Assembly (NCBI GenBank): GCA_050951405.1
Contig: JBMNIZ010000008.1
Coordinates: 5,986-69,985 of the forward strand
Length of the DNA: 64,000 bases
DNA from: Bacillota bacterium
GTDB lineage: Bacteria > Bacillota > DULZ01
Direction: 5' to 3'
Made by a program: the position numbers and the translations under genes. Position 1 is the first letter of the stretch. Each line of letters starts with the position of its first letter. Below the pieces are notes generated by a model. The model was not told the DNA's origin and ran no database searches. It saw only the letters and a program-made list of their open reading frames with translations. This document shows, one piece after another, positions 58,201-64,000 of this stretch.

Positions 58201-58858
58201 CTCCCACCCTCACTTGGGCAGCCCGGTCAAACTGGTTCCCCTCTTTGCCGGTAATGGTAATCACCGTTCCACCGGCGCCTTTTTGCGGGACCACGCTTTC
58301 CAAAAGAACGGTGCTTTTTTCGTAGGCAAAAGCACCTTCCAAGGAAAAACTACCCCCGTCCGGATTCACCACCTGGACGGTTTTTGCCCCCAGGCTCCCT
58401 CCCGGGGTCACCGCCCTGACCTGACCGGCATTCAGCCATAAAACAGACCGGGCCGCTTTGCCGTCGATATAAACTTGAATTCCCGGCTGGAACTGTTCTC
58501 CCAGCAATTCTATCTCTGTGCCTCCCACCGAACTGCCCCGGGGAGGATTAACGCTGTCAATCCGGGGAGAGCTAAAAAAAGCATAGCTCTCCGCCAAGAC
58601 TGCCCACTGACCGTCCGGATTTTCCACCCGCACATCAACAGGGCTCCCCTGGGAAGGATGGGGAGGCGTTTTGACCAAGATTTTATCTTTTTGCACCTCT
58701 ATCACTTCGCCGGCCAAACCGCCAAAAGTTACCTTGGTTTCGCCGACGGATCCCACAACAAAATTACTTCCGTAAATGGTGACGAGAGTGCCTCCGCTGC
58801 TGGGGCCCCGCTGAGGACTCAAGCCGTTCAAAACCGGTACCGGCCCTTCCTGGGCCAA
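55145..58858 (-). CDS. N-terminal part of the giant IPT/TIG-repeat surface protein (at least 13 IPT repeats). The likely true start is TTG 58936, which gives a lipoprotein-type signal peptide interrupted by an in-frame TGA at 58874..58876
   Basis: Upstream in frame: GGAGAGAGGG-TTG MRKKFTAIVLIFSFLLGCFP-TGA-IIGSSLAQEGPVPV. The joined 53008..58936 reading frame is ~1,975 codons. Confidence 0.7.
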   Translation of the reverse strand: MAQEGPVPVLNGLSPQRGPSSGGTLVTIYGSNFVVGSVGETKVTFGGLAGEVIEVQKDKILVKTPPHPSQGSPVDVRVENPDGQWAVLAESYAFFSSPRIDSVNPPRGSSVGGTEIELLGEQFQPGIQVYIDGKAARSVLWLNAGQVRAVTPGGSLGAKTVQVVNPDGGSFSLEGAFAYEKSTVLLESVVPQKGAGGTVITITGKEGNQFDRAAQVRVGANFAGGVTYIHEREIKAVVPPGTVEEIKDVTVINPDGAQDTLPGAFRYIIMPSISSITPNYGWVGDLITIKGTNFDKIFDPEQYHQPQVLIGGFPVEIVDATKIAEGTLLVKIIEGNLGPADVTVRNPADPEQGVTVVGGFTFTTGKSQPQVHEITPNVGSTKGGTEVTIRGEDFRIAVDGSLPVVKIGNKTAEIKKDVDGEPFVAPTQMVVISPEHTAGPKDVTITNPDGGTVTVPDGFTYKIPEKMVRITSVTPDRGTVEGGTPITVFGVNFPLPEEVPQQAQVGLFIGGNEAGEVEVLDTNTITAVTPGGYVEEGELETAQDVMIEIRRLDGQGEVISLERYTLPGGFIYRIPESQPRVDRVFNEETGDNTGPLAGGSIIRIEGVDFRSGLKVYLGKIDPANQAQVQSVETGSIRAVTPPASVAGPVDVIVINQDLGQAILKNGFVYRGTSMIITSVTPEFGPVAGGTRIRITGANFDEDTLIWIYLEDASNPENIIRYEATEVELEADSFGTALTAVTPRFTPGWKNVVVANRYGEYIYRNGFQYLIPSVDPIIDRVILENGDPARGPVIGGTAFLILGMNFVAGSAVFIGEVPAAEVVVEDETRIKVVSPPGLPGYQPVTVVSPIGKSATLENAFFYYSNPTIEKLSPAKGSTGGGNIITITGSQFYPGASVVFGSSAADCQVFHENLIKARLPAGAAGEVTVRVENVDGGSASWEGFLYQEPRQEVVIHRVFPDSGETKGGTEVFIRGEGFAPDAVVHFGWERAESVKVISPEEIRVTAPPHPPGRVDVTVSNLEDTGTAVAPEAFEYKDPLTKPRITGIFPELGPKAGGTRVVITGSDFWPGARVFIGDEEAFDLQVYHDKIYATTPPGEVGPADVRVINPDGGTAILPKAFNYKHPASKPQIFQVDPTQVPAAGGQPVTILGADFREGVKVYFDGLASPQVDLLSEGKIIAVTPPHPPGKVDLIVVNDDGGKRPSAPGSGIFGPPKRTGGFLPGTGSGAGGRGDSGSDPR

Positions 58859-58962
58859 AGAACTACCGATTATTCAAGGGAAACATCCCAACAGAAAAGA
58901 AAAAATCAAGACTATTGCTGTAAACTTTTTTCTCAAAACCCTCTCTCCTTCCCAAACCCAGA

Positions 58963-59003
58963 AAACTGCTACCCCCAAACCCTTGCTGGCGGGTAGCAGT
59001 TTA
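58963..59003. terminator. Rho-independent terminator after csrA (AAACTGCTACCC...GGGTAGCAGTTTT), overlapping the csrA stop
   Basis: 10-bp stem, T-run on the transcribed (minus) strand. Confidence 0.65.
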
Positions 59004-59252
59004 CCGGCCCTGATTCCCTTCCCCGGCCGGCGGGCGCAAACTTTCCAATCCCGCCAGCAATTGGGGGCTGATTCCCGCCGACTCCTGGTTTTGCCTTTTG
59101 ATGGCCTCATAAACCTCCAGGCGGTGTACGGAAACATGGGCAGGGGCTTCGATGCCTATTTTCACCTTGTCTCCCTCAACAGAGATCACGGTCAAAAAAA
59201 TGTCTTCTCCAATGATCAAAGTTTCCTTGGGTTTTCGCGTTAAAACCAGCAT
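59001..59252 (-). CDS. csrA: Carbon storage regulator CsrA (flagellin translation repressor)
   Basis: MLVLTRKPKETLIIGEDIFLTVISVEGDKVKIGIEAPAHVSVHR. Confidence 0.9.
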   Translation of the reverse strand: MLVLTRKPKETLIIGEDIFLTVISVEGDKVKIGIEAPAHVSVHRLEVYEAIKRQNQESAGISPQLLAGLESLRPPAGEGNQGR

Positions 59253-59255
59253 TTT

Positions 59256-59720
59256 CTATCCCCCTGCCCCGCCGGCCTGGGAGCCCTGATTGGTAAAAAG
59301 CAAGTGTTTCGTGTGGTAATCGGTTCCGTAGAGGATATACTGCTCACCCCGACGGCTGGCCAGGTTAATCACCAAAGGTCCGATTAAATTGGCGGTCATA
59401 TCTCGCACATCAGCGGAAGGAACGGTGACAATCACATAGACTGCCACCTGCTCCCTTTTTTCAACGGCCAACTTCTTCCTGATCTCTTCATCCAATTCCA
59501 CGGTATAAGAGGGAAAGAAAAGAAATGGATCGGTGAGAAGAAAAGCCACTTCCCCGTCCTCAACAGACTGCAGCCAGTAAAAAGCCGGGTTGTTTTCCAG
59601 GGGAAGCACCAGGTAATCCTTCAGGTGCTCAAAGCCAAAAAGACCTCCGGCAAAATGAATGAGGTCTTCTTTCTCATATGCCAACAGGCCGAAACGGCTT
59701 GTTTCGATCTGCAATTGCAA
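59256..59720 (-). CDS. fliW: Flagellar assembly factor FliW (CsrA antagonist)
   Basis: 154 aa, FliW family; immediately upstream of csrA. Confidence 0.9.
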   Translation of the reverse strand: MQLQIETSRFGLLAYEKEDLIHFAGGLFGFEHLKDYLVLPLENNPAFYWLQSVEDGEVAFLLTDPFLFFPSYTVELDEEIRKKLAVEKREQVAVYVIVTVPSADVRDMTANLIGPLVINLASRRGEQYILYGTDYHTKHLLFTNQGSQAGGAGG

Positions 59721-59735
59721 CCCCTCCCCTCTGCC

Positions 59736-60629
59736 CTATCTGAGAAAGTCCAGCAGGGACGGCTGCATCACCTTGGCCCCGGTCAACAGGGCCGCCTGGT
59801 AAACATATGCCTGCATGGAATAATGCATGGTTATTTCCGCCAGGTCAATATCTTCCAGTTTGGATAAAAGTTCCGTCACATTCACCTGGTTTTCCTCTGC
59901 CCGGGCAATGGCCAGTTCCATGCGGCGGCTTTTAGCCCCCAGGACCGCTCTCTGGGAAAGATTGTGATCAATTTGCTTTTCAATATCCTCAATGGTGGAC
60001 TGGATAGCATGGGTATCATCGTTTTCCAGGGAATTTTTGAGAGCGATCAGGGCTTCAAAGGTAAGGCTGACCCCGCCAACCACATCAAAGGCTTTTTCCC
60101 CGTCAAGATTGATGTCGATGGTGACGCCGGGCGAAACCTCCCACTGCAAGCTTTCATTGTTGCCCGTATAGACCACACTGTCACCCATGCGCTGAAAGGG
60201 AAGATCGGTAGTTTTCGTGCCGGCAAAAATATAACGGCCGGCGTAACTGGAATTGGCCACCTGGATCAGGTGGTCAATGAGCTGATCCACTTCCTGGGCG
60301 ATGGCCTCCCGGGACTGTTGGGGCAGGGTGTCATTGGCCCCGTAAACAGCCAATTCCCGGGCTCTCTGGAGGATTTCATTGGCATTGTCCAGAGCCGTAT
60401 CACAGAAATCCAGCCAGCTTTTTGCATCTTTCATGTTCTTAATATGCTGCTCTTGTTCCGTGAAAGTGCTCCTGATGGTGAGAGCCTGGGTCACCCGGAT
60501 GGGGTCGTCGGAGGGACGGGAGACAACTTTTCCCGATGACATCTGATCCTGGGATCGTTGGAGTATGGATAAATTACGATTGAGATTTTGCAGTACCGTG
60601 TTGACAAGCATTTTATTGGTGACTCGCAT
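59736..60629 (-). CDS. flgL: Flagellar hook-associated protein 3 FlgL
   Basis: Flagellin-like N- and C-termini (MRVTNKML..., ...MHYSMQAYVYQAALLTGAKVMQPSLLDFLR). Confidence 0.85.
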   Translation of the reverse strand: MRVTNKMLVNTVLQNLNRNLSILQRSQDQMSSGKVVSRPSDDPIRVTQALTIRSTFTEQEQHIKNMKDAKSWLDFCDTALDNANEILQRARELAVYGANDTLPQQSREAIAQEVDQLIDHLIQVANSSYAGRYIFAGTKTTDLPFQRMGDSVVYTGNNESLQWEVSPGVTIDINLDGEKAFDVVGGVSLTFEALIALKNSLENDDTHAIQSTIEDIEKQIDHNLSQRAVLGAKSRRMELAIARAEENQVNVTELLSKLEDIDLAEITMHYSMQAYVYQAALLTGAKVMQPSLLDFLR

Positions 60630-60640
60630 GCTCTTCCCTC

Positions 60641-62131
60641 CTATCTCTTGATGCTGAGAATGGTCTGAATGATTTCGTCCAGGGTCATGATCACCCTGGC
60701 TGCAGCCTGATAGGCTCTCTGATACTGGAGCAGGTAGGCCATTTCTTCATCCAAGGAAACGCCGGAAACAGTTTCTTTCCGGTTTTCCAACTGGTTGACC
60801 AGGGCTTCCTGGTTGGTAGTCATCCGGCCGGCCTCATGGGCGGCTACTCCGATCCGGGAAATCAAGTCATTGTAATAACGATCGATGGTGGTGTTTTTCA
60901 ATTTTTCTCCGTCGCTGATGACGGCGTTTTTCAGCTGAGCGATCCGCAAGGCCACTTCACCGTTACCTTTGTTATCCGGATCAGCCGAAGCACGGATCCT
61001 GCTCACATCCTCCTTGATCAGATCATGAACGTCTAAATCGGCGGCGCCGCTGCCGACGAAAAACTGATCCACTTCCTGCTGGCCGTTTAAATCCCAACCC
61101 TCCTGGTGCAATTTATTCAGTTCCCTCATCAAGTCCCGGGCCAATCCGTCAATATCCTCCAAATAAGACATGGCCAGGTCCCTGGCCGCCATCAGACCGA
61201 ACATCTCTCCGTCAGTAATGGCCACTGAATTCCCCAGGAGAGGAGGGCTGCTGCTTCCGTCTTCCACCCACTTGAAGTCATTATCCGCGCTGGAATAAGC
61301 GATTTCCCGGACATTAACGGGCTGGTTCACATCCAGCAACAAATGCTCCGCCTCTTTGCTTTTCCCCAGGTAAATCCTGATCTGCCCGTCGGGAACCCGG
61401 ATAATGGCACCTCCGGTGGTGGGGCGGTCCACCAGGTTTTCTTCAATGGTAAAATCCACCAACTTGGCCAGTTCATCCAAAAGCAGGTCCCTTTGGTCCA
61501 TCAGATCATTGGGAGAATCACCGGCTAGAACAATATTGGCGATCTGTTTATTTAAACCGTCGATTTGCCGGGCCAGGGTATTCACCTGCCCGGCCTTAAT
61601 GCCCGCCACCGTTTCCAGATCGGTGCGGATATCATCCATTTGGCGGTAGGTATGGCGAAAAGCTTCTGCCAAAGCAATGGAGGTCTCCCGCGCCGTAGTC
61701 CGGATGGGGGAGTTTTCCGCATTTTTGCTCAGTTCCTGCCAGGCAGTCCAGAACTGGTTAAAAAGAGCGCTGAGCCCGGTCTCGGAGGGCTCCATGAATA
61801 CCGTTTCCACTCTTTTTAAAACTTCTTCCCTCTGTTCCCACTGGCCCATAGAGCCCAGCTCCATCCGGATCTGATAATCTAAAAACTTATCCCGGATCCG
61901 GCGGATTTCATTCACATCCACTCCCGTACCCAGCTGCCCTGCACCCCCGGGCCTGTTTAAAGAAGGCACGGGAAAAGGCGCAGAGGCTTCCATGATCACC
62001 TGCTGGCGAGTATAACCGGGAGTATTGGCATTCGCTATATTATGCGCGGAAGTATTCATCGCCTTTTGCTGGGCGAAAAGGCCCCTTAAAGCCGTGTTAA
62101 AACCGAAGAAAGTACCTGACACTCGTTCCAC
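60641..62131 (-). CDS. flgK: Flagellar hook-associated protein 1 FlgK
   Basis: 496 aa; NIANANTPGYTRQ rod-type N-terminus, C-terminal LLQYQRAYQAAARVIMTLDEII. Confidence 0.9.
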   Translation of the reverse strand: MERVSGTFFGFNTALRGLFAQQKAMNTSAHNIANANTPGYTRQQVIMEASAPFPVPSLNRPGGAGQLGTGVDVNEIRRIRDKFLDYQIRMELGSMGQWEQREEVLKRVETVFMEPSETGLSALFNQFWTAWQELSKNAENSPIRTTARETSIALAEAFRHTYRQMDDIRTDLETVAGIKAGQVNTLARQIDGLNKQIANIVLAGDSPNDLMDQRDLLLDELAKLVDFTIEENLVDRPTTGGAIIRVPDGQIRIYLGKSKEAEHLLLDVNQPVNVREIAYSSADNDFKWVEDGSSSPPLLGNSVAITDGEMFGLMAARDLAMSYLEDIDGLARDLMRELNKLHQEGWDLNGQQEVDQFFVGSGAADLDVHDLIKEDVSRIRASADPDNKGNGEVALRIAQLKNAVISDGEKLKNTTIDRYYNDLISRIGVAAHEAGRMTTNQEALVNQLENRKETVSGVSLDEEMAYLLQYQRAYQAAARVIMTLDEIIQTILSIKR

Positions 62132-62142
62132 CTCGCCTGCTC

Positions 62143-62592
62143 TTAAACACTCTTATCGATGACAGCCTTGATGGTGGTCTTGGCTTCCAGGCTGCCATCG
62201 GGTTGGTAAACAGCTTGCCCTCCCCCCAGGGCATTCATCACTTTCTGCACATAAGCAAGGGACTGCTTGATCAAAAGGCTGTTCAATTCGTTCAATTCCT
62301 GCAATTCCCGGAAATTTTTCCGCAAGATCTCAGCCAGTTTCGTAAAGCTTTCCGGTAAATCCGGCTGCTGCTTGATCAATTCCTCCAGGCTGGCCTTCGG
62401 CTCCAAGCCCAAGATATTCTGGAGTTTTTCCAGGCTGGCCAGCCGTTTTTGCTCCAGAGCCTTTAGCTTTTCACCGCAAAACTGCTGTTTTTGGGTAATC
62501 TCCAGCAAGCGCCCGAAATCATCGTTGGTGAGGGCTTCCAGCTCCTCTTGACCCCAGCGCAGTAGCTCTTCCACCAAGCGGTTTTGCTCCAT
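62143..62592 (-). CDS. flgN: FlgN-like flagellar export chaperone (start assigned at internal ATG after flgM)
   Basis: Coiled-coil 149 aa between flgM and flgK. Confidence 0.55.
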   Translation of the reverse strand: MEQNRLVEELLRWGQEELEALTNDDFGRLLEITQKQQFCGEKLKALEQKRLASLEKLQNILGLEPKASLEELIKQQPDLPESFTKLAEILRKNFRELQELNELNSLLIKQSLAYVQKVMNALGGGQAVYQPDGSLEAKTTIKAVIDKSV

Positions 62593-62638
62593 CAAAATTT
62601 CTTCTAAAAGGGATAACTCCGCACGCACTTTTTTCACC

Positions 62639-62935
62639 TTATTCCTTTTCAGCTCGCAGGGCATCCAGTATTTTTTGCGCCAAATGCTCCGGTGCCACCC
62701 GGTAAGTCTGGTCCGCCAGCTGCTTTTTGATTTCTGCAATTAAAGCCTCGCGCACTTCCGGCAATTCTTCCACGGCCCGGGCCAATTCCCGGACCTTTTG
62801 CGCCTGTGCGGAAAGTTCCACTTTATCCCCGGCGTAGGATCTGATCTCCTTTTTTTCCTGACTTGCTTGGGAGGCCTGGTAAATCTTGAAAGGATTAACC
62901 GGCGGTTGTCCGGTTATTTTCATTATTTCCACCAC
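62639..62935 (-). CDS. flgM: Anti-sigma-28 factor FlgM
   Basis: 98 aa; C-terminal VREALIAEIKKQLADQTYRVAPEHLAQKIL. Confidence 0.8.
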   Translation of the reverse strand: MVEIMKITGQPPVNPFKIYQASQASQEKKEIRSYAGDKVELSAQAQKVRELARAVEELPEVREALIAEIKKQLADQTYRVAPEHLAQKILDALRAEKE

Positions 62936-62957
62936 CCTACCTGACCTTCTAAGAATA

Positions 62958-62986
62958 ATATCGGCAAAAGAGGCAACATACTTTAG
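62958..62986 (-). promoter_or_regulatory. Sigma-28 promoter for flgM-flgN-flgK-flgL-fliW-csrA: TAAA-N16-GCCGATAT
   Basis: Minus-strand CTAAAGTATGTTGCCTCTTTTGCCGATATTAT, ~25 nt upstream of flgM. Confidence 0.6.
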
Positions 62987-62999
62987 AGGCCCCTCCCTT

Positions 63000-64000
63000 T
63001 TATCCGATTAAAGAAGAAATTTCCTCCCCCATTTTCGCCAGAGGAACAACCTTGTCCACCACTCCCGCTTCCGCCGCCGCCCTGGGCATGCCATAAACAA
63101 TACAGGAATCCTCATCCTGAGCCAGAACATAGCCGGCAGCATTTTTTACTGCCCGCAAACCGCGCACTCCATCATTGCCCATGCCGGTAAGAATGACTGC
63201 CAGAACCTTTGGCCCGTAAATCCTGGCCGCCGAAAGGCACAACACATCCATAGAAGGTTTGAAAGGGGTGGGGAGAGGAGATTGGCTGGACAAACGCACC
63301 CTGACTTCCCTGTTCTGCCTTGCCAATTCCATCTGCCAGCCGGCAGGGGCCAGCAAAGCCCGTCCCGGGAGGACCGGATCCCCTTCCTCCGCTTCTTTAC
63401 AGGGAAGCTTGCCGATGTCGTTCAATCTTTGAGCCAGGCTACGGGTAAAACCCGGCGGCATATGCTGGACGATGAGGACCGCCGCCTTTAGATCCTTGGG
63501 CAAGCTCTTGAAAATCTCCGCCAGAGCGGCGGGACCTCCGGTAGAAGTGCCGATCACAATCGCCTCAAAATCTTTGGGTAAAGTCCCGGCAGCCGGCAGG
63601 GGATAAAGCACTGCCGGAGAGAGGCTCCTCGGAATGCGGATTTTTGCCGCCGGCACCCCGGCCGCCATCCTCACCTTGGCCGGTAATTCCTCGGCCAGCA
63701 GGATTAGGTCCTGTCTTTTCTCAGGTTTGGCTACAAAATCTACGGCGCCCAGTTCCAGTGCTTTCAAAGTGGTCTGGGCGCCTTTCGCAGTTAAGCCGCT
63801 GACCATGACGACAGGCAGCGGATTGGACCCCATGATTTCCTGTAATGTTTCCAGCCCATCCATACCGGGCATCTCCACATCCAGGGTGATGACATCAGGT
63901 TTGAAGCGCTGGATTTTTTCCAAAGCATCCTTGCCGTCCCGAGCAAAGCCCACCACCTGGATGGCGGGATCCTTTTCCAGCATGGCGGTAATAACCCGCC
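63000..64000 (-). CDS. cheB: Chemotaxis methylesterase CheB, N-terminally truncated by the window edge
   Basis: Receiver-domain remnant (DVEMPGMDG) + methylesterase catalytic domain (HMPPGFTRSLAQRLN, GMGNDG). Confidence 0.9.
   Translation of the reverse strand, partial: RVITAMLEKDPAIQVVGFARDGKDALEKIQRFKPDVITLDVEMPGMDGLETLQEIMGSNPLPVVMVSGLTAKGAQTTLKALELGAVDFVAKPEKRQDLILLAEELPAKVRMAAGVPAAKIRIPRSLSPAVLYPLPAAGTLPKDFEAIVIGTSTGGPAALAEIFKSLPKDLKAAVLIVQHMPPGFTRSLAQRLNDIGKLPCKEAEEGDPVLPGRALLAPAGWQMELARQNREVRVRLSSQSPLPTPFKPSMDVLCLSAARIYGPKVLAVILTGMGNDGVRGLRAVKNAAGYVLAQDEDSCIVYGMPRAAAEAGVVDKVVPLAKMGEEISSLIG

Noticed and set aside
58874-58876. In-frame TGA in the IPT protein signal peptide as a third selenocysteine
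   Set aside because: Lies in the hydrophobic core of a cleaved signal peptide, no conserved Cys context, no convincing hairpin downstream; more likely a nonsense mutation or base error (TGG Trp expected)
1-64000. Search for rRNA, tRNA, tmRNA or riboswitch-like conserved cores
   Set aside because: No tRNA T-loop/acceptor patterns or rRNA-like stretches seen by eye; cannot exclude small ncRNAs without a covariance search

Overview
The window is a Gram-positive, Clostridia-like chromosome segment of about 55% GC; nearly all genes are on the minus strand. It has four parts, listed below.

(1) 0.2-9.9 kb: a redox gene cluster. It contains a Mop-type molybdenum aldehyde oxidoreductase, three Flox/AsrAB/FrhB-like iron-sulfur/flavin proteins, mvhD and hdrA-hdrB-hdrC. 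mvhD and hdrA each carry an in-frame TGA exactly where a conserved Cys is expected. Each TGA has a hairpin just downstream, so both look like selenocysteine codons with SECIS elements.

(2) 6.4-14 kb: a block unusually dense in apparent frameshifts. It covers hdrA, hdrB, an NptA-like Na/Pi cotransporter, fdhD and the C-terminus of an MCP. It also holds a likely alpha/beta-type SASP gene and a pair of 40-bp direct repeats around a GC-rich insert.

(3) 12.7-45.3 kb and 59-64 kb: an almost complete flagellar/chemotaxis regulon. The main operon runs flgB, flgC, fliE, fliF, fliG, fliH, fliI, fliJ, fliK, flgD, flgE, flbD, motA, motB, fliL, fliN, fliO, fliP, fliQ, fliR, flhB, flhA, flhF, flhG, a PilZ gene, fliA, flgF/flgG, cheD, cheR, cheC, cheY, fliM, fliY and the MCP. 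The late genes are flgM, flgN, flgK, flgL, fliW, csrA, then fliC (+ strand), and flaG, fliD and fliS. There are three near-consensus sigma-28 promoters.

(4) 46.8-58.9 kb: an accessory island inserted between csrA and fliC. It contains an IS1182-family element with a multiply frameshifted transposase, inserted into the fliC terminator hairpin with a 23-bp palindromic target duplication. A second, truncated copy sits at the window start, next to another terminator. The island also has two SLH-domain surface proteins and a giant IPT/TIG-repeat surface protein of about 2,000 aa. That protein is interrupted by a poly-C tract frameshift and by a TGA inside its signal peptide.

No rRNA, tRNA or CRISPR array was seen.
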